Positions 12,301-24,405 of a DNA stretch of 64,000 nucleotides are shown one piece after another. Positions within the stretch are counted from its first letter, which is position 1, and every line of letters starts with the position of its first letter. The DNA lies in NCBI RefSeq assembly GCF_001194135.2, contig NC_068992.1, positions 16,461,960-16,525,959 on the forward strand, written 5' to 3'. A program made the translations under genes and the position numbers. The DNA comes from Octopus bimaculoides. Lineage: Eukaryota. The notes under the pieces were generated by a model that ran no database searches, was not told the DNA's origin, and saw nothing but the letters and a program-made list of their open reading frames with translations.

Positions 12301-13230
12301 TCGCCCCAGCAATGGCGTGTAAATTGATGGAATGTTATTTTTTCTTGTGTTGTGTTGAAGGCTCTTGTGTAATCAGAAGTGTAGCTTTTATGCCTTAGTC
12401 TGTTGTCTTACGGTTTAGAATTAGATATACGTAGATTCATTCATACATAATTCAGCTACAGAACAGATATCAACTGGCAGTAATTATTGAAAGTAGTGAT
12501 AACTATCTCAGTAGATTATTTGCAACAAAATATCTCAATTTTGTAAGCTATGGCTTGTTTATATACCATCAAAATGCCCGCACAGCAGCAAATTGGATAC
12601 AAGTCAGAAACAACAAATTAAAAGCAAAAAAAAAAAAGAAGTAAATAACTAATATAGATTTGGAAAACAGAATCTACGAAAGGATATTAATTATGCGGCA
12701 ATGCTTAACTACAGCGAAAAGGAAATCGAAACACGGTTTGGAAAAAGTAAAAATGGAACACATGTGTTTAAACATGTCGCAAATAGGTGTTAAAATTTAA
12801 AAGTGAGAAACCCTAGCATTAGGAAAGATTAACTGAAACAGAAATAATTAATAAAAAATAATAGATAATAAAAAGAATTCGGTTCGAACCTGTTTGGCAG
12901 TTTGCACGGATATGAAAAGAAATATGTGAAGTGTGGAAGAGAAATTTAGGAAGCGGGCAGTGCTAGCAGGAGAAATCTTAAAAGAAGGTTTTGTCCTGTA
13001 ATGCACTGCACTAGGAGTATGCATTATCAATGAAAGAGAGACAGAGTAATGTCAGATTAGTAAAACACCAGAAAGAAATCTGTCGAATGTCGGGCGGAAA
13101 AAGGAAAGCAGAAAATGACCCTTTATCAAGTGTACATTAGCGACCATTCACCAACCTCTCATGCATGTATATATATATATGTGTGTGTGTGTAGGTGCGT
13201 ATGTGTTAATGTGTGTGTCTGCGTTTGATG

Positions 13231-13480
13231 CAGGCGTATGGCCTAGCGGTTTAGGTGTTAATATCACGATCGTGAGATCGTAAATTCAATTCGTAGACCG
13301 GGTGGTTTGCTGTGTTCTTGTGCAAAACAGTTCTTCTTACGTTGCCGTGTGATCACTTCGACACCTGATGCATGGTACACCATTAAACCGATCAGGCAAT
13401 GTCGATTCTATGGAGGTAATGAGCTAATGTACAACACATACATTTGATCACTATAAACGAATGAATTGTGCAGGTCTGTT
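13231..13480 (+). mobile_element. tRNA-derived SINE, family C (CORE-like)
   Basis: A-box TGGCCTAGCGG, decayed B-box, CORE-like tgtgttcttgtgcaaaaca; ends before (CA)n/(GATA)n. Confidence 0.6.
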
Positions 13481-13539
13481 CAGTTAGAAAATACAGAGCC
13501 ATCTTTCTCGGACTACGAGGGATTGCTATCTAATCAAAC

Positions 13540-13559
13540 ACACACAGACACACACACAC

Positions 13560-13631
<72 letters not shown>

Positions 13632-13633
13632 GC

Positions 13634-13670
<37 letters not shown>

Positions 13671-13672
13671 TA
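13540..13672. repeat. (CA)n plus (GATA)n microsatellites
   Basis: Direct reading. Confidence 0.95.
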
Positions 13673-14540
13673 TAGATGCGTAGTGTGTATATCATAGGTG
13701 GATTTAATGGAAATGTTTACTACCCCCAGTACAAGAAGAAAATTATTTCCATTGACTACATTTATTTTTGAATTGGAGGCCAGATTTAAATATTAAAAAT
13801 TTGTGTTCAGCCTTTGTAAACCTGTAAATTCCGAATCATTTCTATAGACATTTTTGTGCTTCGCAATTGAAAGAGAAGCCGGAGGTAAATGAGTCTATCA
13901 ATAGACCAATTAAGATTTTACATAATTGAGTATTTGAAGTTTCGTAATTTATATAAAAATATTTCTATCAAGATATTTCTGATGAGGTTTGATTTAATTA
14001 GGAGATATTAAAATCATGAATATGCAAATTAACCTATCCATTACACCGCTAGCCTTGTTTATGATTGCTTCGTACAGTAGATGAATACTTTACATTACTG
14101 AATGAGGCAGGAAACTAAGTACATCTAATTTGAGAATTAATTATCACTGACAATTTTACGTATTTAATTAGATCTAAATTCTATCAACATCACGGGATGA
14201 AGAAATTGTGTATCCTTCCAGGGGGATTTACATGAAATGAAATACATAGCAAATATCATTGGTTTTCAAATTGCATCAACACGTCTCAGGATCAGACTCT
14301 ACAGAATAGCCTACATATATATTCTCTGATAATATAGAAGCTAGTTAGAATGGATGTAATTTTAACCAGAGTCTATCCAGGGCCTACAAATGTACACTGA
14401 AAGTGAAATAGCATATATTTCTGAAGCACATATAGTGTTTCAGGTAACTGGTCTAGAAATACACCCATTGTCATTTGATTGCTTGGATTTCCCACCAATT
14501 CCCCAACATAACGAGAAATATTTGCCCTGATAATCGCTTA

Positions 14541-14766
14541 CTTTTTACTTGTTTCAGCCATTACGTTGCGGCCACCCTGGGGCACCACCTAGAAGAAATT
14601 TAGTCGAACGAATCAACCACAGAACATATTCATTTGTTTTAAGACTGATACTTATTCTATCCGTGACTTAGCCGAACCGCTAGGTCACAGCGACGGAAAC
14701 AAAATAGACAGTGGTTGTCAAATTACGGTGGGGGACAAACAGACACATAGACACAAATACACATGT

Positions 14767-14797
<31 letters not shown>

Positions 14798-15497
14798 NNN
14801 NNNNNNNNNNNNNNNNNNNNNNNNNNNNNNNNNNNNNNNNNNNNNNNNNNNNNNNNNNNNNNNNNNNNNNNNNNNNNNNNNNNNNNNNNNNNNNNNNNNN
14901 NNNNNNNNNNNNNNNNNNNATATATATAGTTGTACTTGGGGATGGTCATATCGCCAGTTTAGCCAATAAAAACACACGCACTGTATATTTGGTGTTAATT
15001 TGCTTCAGCTTTATATTACATTAATCTTAATCTTATTTCGGCCAGAGTTCTTTCGTCACACTTCTGTGACCTCATCAGTGGTCCTTTGTTTCCTTTCTTA
15101 TGTGTGTCTCACCTTGCTAACTATCAGCCATTTTGTATTTTGTATTCCTATTGTATGTGTCTACGCATGCGTGTCCTTCAATGTGTCTGTGTCTTTTGTA
15201 AGTGTAAGTGTGTGTATGGGGAGTGTCTGTATCACCTATATCCTCTGTTAATATATATATATATATATGTGTGTGTGTATGTATGTGTGTGTGTTTGTGT
15301 GCGTGTGTGTGTGTGTATTTGTGTGTGTGTATTTTATGTATATGTAATTATAGATACGACAGGCCTCTTTCAGGTTGTGTTGACTACATCCACTCACAAG
15401 TTACTGGACAGCTCGAGCTTATAGGAGAATCCTGACTGAACCCAGAGCCATGTGGTGCGGAAGGAAACTTCTTAACACAGAACCACGCCCGCACCTA
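14541..15497 (-). mobile_element. SINE family A interrupted in its internal TA tract by a PLE-like insert
   Basis: 3' half at 14541-14770 and 5' half at 15355-15497 flank a gap and an unrelated insert at about 14930-15250. Confidence 0.7.
15040..15084 (-). ncRNA. Minimal type I hammerhead ribozyme, canonical core
   Basis: Minus strand: GGACCA-CUGAUGA-G-GUCAC(AGAAGU)GUGAC-GAAA-G(AA)C-UC-UGGCC; stem I CCA/UGG, 5-bp stem II, CUC triplet. Confidence 0.7.
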
Positions 15498-15851
15498 TGG
15501 TAAAATATCCTATCTTAAAAATTAAGTCGTAGACTGTTACTCTGAGTACGAAAATGTTCTAAATGCCATATGTATTTTGTGTATTTCTACATAGTGTTAA
15601 GACTATTGCAAACGTTTTGATAACGGCTGATATTTCTTTACTTAAATATCATTTCGCTTAGAAGGATAAATAAGTGAATGGAATTCTATACCTGTTTCAG
15701 ATCACTATGTATCAGAATCGCAAAAGAAATGTCATCGCAACCTGTAGCTAATTGTTCAAGGTACTATTTTTTTTTTTATTCTTGGATTCTGGGAACATCA
15801 ATTTAATATTCACAGAACATATCAAAACACATGGATTCCAACATATATTCT

Positions 15852-16203
15852 TATATTCTTTTACTTGTTTCAGTCATTTGACAGCGGCCATGCTGGGGCA
15901 GTGGCTTTAGTCGAAGAAATCGACCCCATTACTTATTCTTTGTAAGCCAAGCACCCAGTTCATCGTTCCCTCTTGCCGAACCGCTAAGGCCACGGAGACG
16001 CAAACACATCAACAACGGTTGTCAAGCGATGGTGGCGGGACAAATACAGACATAGATAATACATACATATACATCCATGTGTATATATATATATATATAT
16101 ATGAATATACGATGGGCTTCTTTCAGTTTCCGTCTACCCTATCCACTCAGAAGGCTTTGGTCGGCTCGAGATTATAGTAGAAGACACTTGCCCAATGTGC
16201 CAT
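15852..16203 (-). mobile_element. SINE family A, head truncated
   Basis: ttttacttgtttcagtcatttgac.gcggccatgctgg through agaagacacttgccca. Confidence 0.85.
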
Positions 16204-16441
16204 GTAAGTCATTTTGGCATAGGTCGGTAAAAACCATATATCCCATGCATATGCCTGGATGACTGGTGTGTTGGCCATATACTTCAGTGATACCAGATTT
16301 TTTCATTAAGAAAACAGTTGAACAATGTTTGTTTACGTTCTTGCTAGCCATAGGCTTCGAAGTATATTTTCTAGAATGGCCTTTTCTATCGTAACATCAT
16401 TTGTCTTGGTTACTGGCTTTCTATTGAGAATTCATGTCTAA

Positions 16442-16454
16442 CTCTCTCTCTCCC

Positions 16455-16545
<91 letters not shown>

Positions 16546-16569
16546 CTCTTTATATATCTATCTATCTCT

Positions 16570-16658
<89 letters not shown>
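16442..16658. repeat. (CT)n then (CTAT)n compound microsatellite
   Basis: Direct reading. Confidence 0.95.
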
Positions 16659-17287
16659 CAGGCGGTACGCATCGTCATATCTTTAAATTGGTTCTCGGTC
16701 ACTGTTCTCGTTAGACATGTAAGGATGTTCTGTAAGAAATTAAATTCTTTCTAATTATCCTCCATATTTTAACTCAATTTGCGTAGTCTATATTACAGTG
16801 TCTACTTCCAGATTAATCCAAATTAAAAGTTAGAAACCAATAACATCTAACGTGCATTTCGTTACAAAGAATTCGCGTAAAATTAAACTTACATTCTTCG
16901 TCCATAATGTTGCAATAAATCAAATCTGAAAACGAATAACATGAGATTTCAGTGCTAATTACTTGAAATTAAATTAAGATCATGTATCATTTCACCTATC
17001 TAAGCTGTAACATGAGCAATAATGCTGGAGCGAGAACATGCAATGCAATCATTGTGAAAAATTCCTGAAAACTTTGACACTACGATACATAACTTTGACC
17101 CTACGATACATAAAAGTCTCAAATTCAAAGAATATTAATTTGAATTTCTCATTATAAAGACACTATGTGAAAAAGACATTTGACTGTAGCACTAATATAG
17201 ATGTTAATTTGCATGTATATATGTCCACGTTATAACTTTAAAGTACATCCTGTGGTTTGGACCCGGGAAGGGAAGCAAAGAAAGGTA

Positions 17288-17322
17288 GTTTTACGTTTCA
17301 AGCAAAGCTTCTCTTCAGAAAC
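17288..17322 (-). ncRNA. Minimal type I hammerhead ribozyme, canonical core, loopless palindromic stem III
   Basis: Minus strand: GUUU-CUGAAGA-G-AAGC(UUU)GCUU-GAA-ACGU-A-AAAC; stems I and II are each 4 Watson-Crick bp; GUA triplet; lies in an about 180-bp element ending at a TA tract near 17222. Confidence 0.75.
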
Positions 17323-17426
17323 AGGAAAAAGAGGAAAGTCCAAGAGAAAAGGAAGATGGAGGAAAAAAACTGCCTGTACTTCACATGTGGTTAGATTTCG
17401 AAAGTTTATGTTTATACACACACACA

Positions 17427-17480
<54 letters not shown>

Positions 17481-18483
17481 NNNNNNNNNNNNNNNNNNNN
17501 NNNNNNNNNNNNNNNNNNNNNNNNNNNNNNNNNNNNNNNNNNNNNNNNNNNNNNNNNNNNNNNNNNNNNNNNNNNNNNNNNNNNNNNNNNNNNNNNNNNN
17601 NNNNNNNNNNNNNNNNNNNNNNNNNNNNNNNNNNNNNNNNNNNNNNNNNNNNNNNNNNNNNNNNNNNNNNNNNNNNNNNNNNNNNNNNNNNNNNNNNNNN
17701 NNNNNNNNNNNNNNNNNNNNNNNNNNNNNNNNNNNNNNNNNNNNNNNNNNNNNNNNNNNNNNNNNNNNNNNNNNNNNNNNNNNNNNNNNNNNNNNNNNNN
17801 NNNNNNNNNNNNNNNNNNNNNNNNNNNNNNNNNNNNNNNNNNNNNNNNNNNNNNNNNNNNNNNNNNNNNNNNNNNNNNNNNNNNNNNNNNNNNNNNNNNN
17901 NNNNNNNNNNNNNNNNNNNNNNNNNNNNNNNNNNNNNNNNNNNNNNNNNNNNNNNNNNNNNNNNNNNNNNNNNNNNNNNNNNNNNNNNNNNNNNNNNNNN
18001 NNNNNNNNNNNNNNNNNNNNNNNNNNNNNNNNNNNNNNNNNNNNNNNNNNNNNNNNNNNNNNNNNNNNNNNNNNNNNNNNNNNNNNNNNNNNNNNNNNNN
18101 NNNNNNNNNNNNNNNNNNNNNNNNNNNNNNNNNNNNNNNNNNNNNNNNNNNNNNNNNNNNNNNNNNNNNNNNNNNNNNNNNNNNNNNNNNNNNNNNNNNN
18201 NNNNNNNNNNNNNNNNNNNNNNNNNNNNNNNNNNNNNNNNNNNNNNNNNNNNNNNNNNNNNNNNNNNNNNNNNNNNNNNNNNNNNNNNNNNNNNNNNNNN
18301 NNNNNNNNNNNNNNNNNNNNNNNNNNNNNNNNNNNNNNNNNNNNNNNNNNNNNNNNNNNNNNNNNNNNNNNNNNNNNTATAGTCACACACGTATATATAT
18401 ACATACATATATACATCCACACACACACACACACATATATATATATGCATATATATATTCATGGATATACGTATATATGCTTA

Positions 18484-18515
<32 letters not shown>

Positions 18516-18607
18516 CATATATATACATACATATTTATACATATATATATATATACACTTATGTATGTATGTATATATACATATATACACTTACATATAT
18601 ATACACT

Positions 18608-18650
<43 letters not shown>

Positions 18651-18660
18651 NNNNNNNNNN

Positions 18661-18718
<58 letters not shown>

Positions 18719-18769
18719 ATATACACACATGTGTATTATTTTATATGTTTTAACCTTGAGGCCTTTTAA

Positions 18770-19445
18770 TTTGCCAATTCTATGCGTTTTGTGTTTCCTG
18801 CCTTGATACTGGTTCGTCTGTGATTTTGGATAGCAAGAGGTCCAGTCTTTTCTTGAAAACATCTATTCCTACTCCATGGAGTTCCCTCAGATGTTTTGGC
18901 TAGGATTTAAATAGCTGTGGGCACTTGAACCCCTAGCTATTGCAGTACATGGTCCTTGCCTTAGATGAGAAAGCTGGAACATTTGGAACAGTGCAGTGGC
19001 ATTCATTTCAAAGTCTGGTATAGCAGCTCTCAATTCTAAAGTTTGGTGCCAGCCTCTTTAGTAACTTCCACACATATATCGCTGCGTACCTCTCCCGTAT
19101 TCGCTCCAGGGAGTAGAGTCTTAGATCTTTCAGTCTATTCCATTAGCCCAGCTTACGTTTTTCAAACTTCCTCTTGAAGTGTCTGTAAACCGCCTCAAGT
19201 TTTGCTATTAATCCTACCGTGTTGCGTGACCATAGTTGAAAGCAGTTGTCCAGACTTCTATCCTTTTAGAACCCATGCAACCGCTCAGCAATTTTCCCCA
19301 GTTAGTTCGAGCTTCCGTAGTTTGAGATCAAGCTTATCAAAGGCATTTGCAAAGTCAAGATACATCACAACTACATTTGAGCGATTCACTAATTGTTTCA
19401 ACACCCAGTCACACATGCGGCAGTGGTCCATAGTTTTCCGAAATA
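18770..19445 (-). mobile_element. CR1-group LINE remnant, internally deleted
   Basis: VMYLDFANAFDKL (RT motif, about 19330-19370) joined near 19200 to the C-terminal LEAVYRHF...LKDLRLYSLERIRERYAAIYVWK. Confidence 0.85.
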
Positions 19446-19489
19446 TTTAATTAAAATACTTTTCCAGGTGGCGCTATTAAATTAGTCAT

Positions 19490-19885
19490 GGTCAGGGCCG
19501 AAAATGGCCGAAACCAATTTAAGTTATCTAAGTTAGTACCTGATTAGTAATTAATCATATCGATCTCGGAGGATTGAAAGGTAAACTTGACTTTCGTGGA
19601 ATTTGAACTGAGAACGTAAAGAACCGTATTGAAATTTTCTAAGCATTTTGCAAGCCTCACTAAAGTTTCTGCTAGTTCAACGTGTTTGCATTTCGAAATA
19701 ATCATTTCTACTACATGGAGAAGGCCTGGAACTGGGTGAGGAGCTACAAGATCACATTGACACCATTGTTTAACTAGTAATTATTTGATCAATTCTGAAA
19801 CGATGAAAGGCAAAACTGACTCGGCGAAATTTGAACTCAGAACGTAAAGCCAGATGCAATGTGACTTAGCATTTTGACCAGCGTA
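19490..19885 (-). mobile_element. Two tandem decayed SINE family B copies
   Basis: Two occurrences of gatgaaagg.aaa..tgact....ggaatttgaact.agaacgtaaag (about 19575-19620 and 19800-19850). Confidence 0.7.
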
Positions 19886-20360
19886 ACACGTCATGGACTT
19901 GCATTGTGAAACAATAACTCTGCATCCACACGTGCTGCAGTTGTACTGGATTTAACTATCTACTTTGATATACACATAGACTCTGTTAATATTTGAAAGA
20001 GAAGGTTATTGATTAATTGTCATTACTGTCCATTTAGATATTAGATTTAATGTGTATCTGTTGAAATTTATGTTACTTTGGGAGCAAGGTGCGACGTCCT
20101 CAGTAAAAGGTTGTTATCAATGATCATCTAATAATTGCGAAATCAAAATTACAATATAGCATTGGATAAAGAGATTAAGCCTCAGAAATGATTTTGATAT
20201 TTGATATTACTTAATCTGTTTAATTAATATTAATGGATTATTCATTACCTCAGTAATAACTGTCAATCCTTTTGACGAAAAGGTTTTCCAAGAAGCATTA
20301 CATATTTCCTGATTTAGTGGCGTTAATCTGAAAAGGGTTAGCGGCTACTACGAACAAATT

Positions 20361-20413
<53 letters not shown>

Positions 20414-20461
20414 TTACTACTACTACTACTACAACTACTACTACAACTACTACTACTGATA

Positions 20462-20496
<35 letters not shown>
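20361..20496. repeat. (TAC)n then (TGA)n compound microsatellite
   Basis: Direct reading. Confidence 0.95.
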
Positions 20497-20497
<1 letters not shown>

Positions 20498-20806
20498 GTG
20501 TAAGTGGAGATAAATTTAAACAAGCAATGGAAACGAATGTATGTTACTGAGCACCAAAGATGTATGTCCGACGCACCAAAGCGTCTATTAAGTTTCAGTT
20601 TCTCTTTTACCCAAATAATACAAAGGAATTTTATGCTAAGCGACGAGTTTTATTGCCTTGGGCATTATAGCCTGGTTGTCTATTTGTTGCACTTTATTAT
20701 TTCTCTTAAAATTATGTGAGCTGATTGATGCATTACTTCTGCAATATATTTTTCGCAACTATTTAAATACATTAATATCTCATGCCTAAATCATCTGTAA
20801 AATTTT

Positions 20807-20870
<64 letters not shown>

Positions 20871-22412
20871 CGCTTGCATTCAACCTAACGGCCAGTATGT
20901 CTATCTATCATGTTACGAAATGTTACATAATAATATTATTGCTGACTTCACGTGACTCTTTGTTGGATTCGTCACATTTTCATTTCATAAACAGAATATT
21001 GTCGCTGTTTTTGAAATCTTTTCAAATTCTTTCATGTTTTCAGAAGATGTGCTCACCTATCTACGGCTTGTATTCGATATTTTCAGTCCAATGGTTATTT
21101 TTTAATATATTATTATTTGCAGGTTTATTTTTTTTCGAGTTCTACTTTTGAAAACCTATCATAAAATAGGTTCTTATCACTTTTTTTGAAGAAGTTATAT
21201 ATGCACAGTGATATTGTCAAAAATACCACTAACTTTGTGTACACCTCTACGACTTTACGATGTTTTTTTTTATAAGTCTAGGTTCATTAAATTAATGTGT
21301 TAAATCACTTGACTATAGAATGAAAGCAAATATGTTGGTAAGATACGAACAAAACAAAATAAGTTCACTCACGAAAAAGTGCTCAGCTGTAACTGATAAG
21401 CAGTTTCAAAGAAAATCCAAATATGTTAACAATGTAATAAATCTTGAGTGGTAATTCGTCACAATATTATCGCACACGCTATACATACATATATTATTTG
21501 AACTACTAACCGTATTCAGGTCATCAGATTTGTCAATGTTACGAACGAAATATTGAATTATATTCAAAGTAACGATAACTGTGCAATGTCGGTGTGTAAA
21601 ACATAAATGACAGTGAATAGGTCTTTCTTGATTTCTTTTTACTTCACATATTCTCCATTAAAAAACTGAGAGTCTGTAGAAGAAACATATTTTAAACCTA
21701 TATAGTTCAGGTTCACGATGAATGGTTTGATTGTCTATACCTTCAAACTTCTTCGTATGATAATTCTCAACTTTCTTTTCTTTTTTTTTTTGTGCAGATG
21801 TAAAATAGTCCGCTATGTTTTCACTTTTCGTCTCAGGCCTGTGATATACATTCAACAATATTTATCTTTATATCACTTACTTTTTCTCCATAATATTTAC
21901 TTACCCTAATTTGCATGATTTATCATAACCTCGCTCCCTCTCACCTGCTCTCTCTCCCACTCTCTCTCCCACTCTCTCTCCCAATNNNNNNNNNNNNNNN
22001 NNNNNNNNNNNNNNNNNNNNNNNNNNNNNNNNNNNNNNNNNNNNNNNNNNNNNNNNNNNNNNNNNNNNNNNNNNNNNNNNNNNNNNNNNNNNNNNNNNNN
22101 NNNNNNNNNNNNNNNNNNNTATATATGTATATGCATATATACATATATATGTGTACATACATATATACATGCATATGTATATATGTATATGCATATATGG
22201 ATACAGAACGTCACAAAACGTAGACAACATGAAATACGAAAACAAACTTGGGTACGCAAGCAAGGAGGAGAGAAACAAATGGAAAACAAGAGAAGTAACA
22301 TCAAGAATGACCCCCTCATTAATTGTCGGCTGTCCATCTACTCCCGTGAACCAAAATAAAGTTTGGTATTTGCGGAGGGCCAAATTTGGTAACAAAAACA
22401 GGACAGTGGTGA

Positions 22413-22650
22413 CATACAAGAAACCAAACCATTAGGCCAGACAAGGCAAGGTAGCGAACGTTGGAGGAATATTGTCTTTCACTAGAGAAATGATAGAAGA
22501 GGAGACAAAGAAGAATGCGTCTTGTAGGACTGTGGAGACTTACAACAAACCAAACGAAAACAAACACAGAAAGACCGTTAGGCCAGACGAGGTAAGGTAA
22601 CGAACGCTGGAGGAATATTATCTTTGGCAAGAGAAAAGATAAAAAATGCA
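22413..22650. repeat. Diverged about 150-bp direct duplication in a purine-rich repeat element
   Basis: ttaggccagacaaggcaaggtagcgaacgttggaggaatattgtcttt (about 22432) vs ttaggccagacgaggtaaggtaacgaacgctggaggaatattatcttt (about 22577). Confidence 0.8.
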
Positions 22651-24159
22651 TCTGGTCTGTACGACAGACAGAAGGAAAGGAAAGATGATCACGTGAGGAA
22701 AAGAAAGGTGGACGATGGGCAAGTGGGTATTCCTGGGTTAAGCAAGGAAATAACAGTTGATACACAAGGGCAAAGAATCGTGTTACACAGTGTTATCATT
22801 ATGAATCAAATTGGAGGAATGCTTCCACATGGGGATTAGTACTTTGGGTGGAATCGAACTCAACATCCGTTGGCTACTTATCTTAGTGACATAAGAAAGA
22901 AACAATGTAATCTCCTGATGATAGAGAAGGAAAACTGTAAAGTATATTGTTTTAGTTGTTTCTTTGTAATCAACGTCGTTCTATCACTCTTTATCTAATT
23001 TTCAAATTTTCGTTCGTTCTTGTTTAAGTTGGAAGCGTCTATATGGTGGTCTAATTGTATATATTGTGTCTCCATCTCTCTTTGGCTTGAAATTATACCA
23101 CGTACCTGTCTTTATTCTCCTTCTTTAGCGCAAATTATCCAAGTTTAACATTGTGGAATTTGAAAGATTTTTAGAAAAGAGAAAAGTGAACTGAAGTTAG
23201 ATATATAAATTGTATTTCTGTTATTTATTATAGCATGATAAAGTACCATGGCATTTCTAGCGCGATTCGAACGTAAAGAGAAGATATCAAATTATTTATT
23301 GCATTATTACCGCAATATAAATCGTTACACTGCGATGTCGGGCACAAGGAATTTCCTCCATATGCCATAAGAAATATAAATTAAAGCAAATATTTATTTT
23401 CAAAAAATAGAAGTAAAGCGATATATTTTTTCCTTACTTGCAATATTTTGCACCAGTGACTGTGAATTTAAAATTTAAATGTAATAATAAATAGCATAAA
23501 CATTAATATTAGAAATGTAGGCACAATATTTTAAAATTTGAAATGAATTTTTCATTTAAAGAATTAGAATCAAATAATTGAAATCCTATCCAAGCTATAA
23601 ACACGAAAGAATATATAACATTTCTTTTAATACAGAGAGCGATATTTGGAATGGTGATTTGTGTATATCGGTGGAATAATTTTATAACGAATGAATATAA
23701 TTAATTTCAATTACGATTAAATTACGAGGAAAATATATATCGTATTTCCATTTTCATACATTTTTCAGGCACTTTTGTTCAAATGTGTAAATTATTCCCT
23801 AAATGTTATGACGGATATCACAATTTTATATTTACTGCTTTCAGAAAATCGTTTTCTTTTCCAGACAAAAGACATAAATATACACGAGATTTAAATATCA
23901 CACAATGTTTATTGAAGATACCCTACTTGTGTCGGTTTTAGAGTAAACAAAATAACGTTAGATTAATGCTTTTTGATGTTTAGCTATATGTATATATCTA
24001 AATTTATAGTGAGGCAGAATGAAATCTGACTTTACGCTGTTTTGTATTTCATTGATATTCATTATATTCTTTAGGCTAAAATACATTCTTTTCCATAATG
24101 ATCATTGGTAATAACATCTTTATTTGCGCAGTTATATTTAGGTGCAGCGACAGAATGAC

Positions 24160-24405
24160 AGTTAAAGTTGATCCCGGCAATATTTGCACTCACAATATAA
24201 ACACCAGGAGGTCTTGAGGCACGGGGCCTGAAATTTTGCAGGGAAGGGCTAGTTGATTACATAGACCCAGTACTCAACTGGTATTTATTTCATCGACCTC
24301 GAAATAATAAAAGGTAAAGTCGACCTCGGCTACATAAAATTAAGACGGATGAAATGCCGCTAAGAATTGTAACCGCCATGCTAATGAGCATGCCAGCTCG
24401 CCGCG
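24160..24405 (-). mobile_element. SINE family B
   Basis: catcgacctcgaaa...ggtaaagtcgacctcggc...gccagctcgccgc. Confidence 0.75.

Noticed and set aside
13231-13300. tRNA gene (also SINE heads at 6361, 51521, 61100)
   Set aside because: A/B-box-like heads continue into SINE bodies; no complete cloverleaf.
14370-14443. Candidate exon ESIQGLQMYTESEIAYISEAHIVFQ (also 63780-63818 YVDWTNSTYIVD)
   Set aside because: Splice sites are plausible but there is no homology; indistinguishable from chance.
17201-18862. Long ORFs across gaps (also 33923-34662, 35747-36886, 50190-51156)
   Set aside because: Made of N runs and dinucleotide repeats (YIYI, HTHT, CVCV); not genes.
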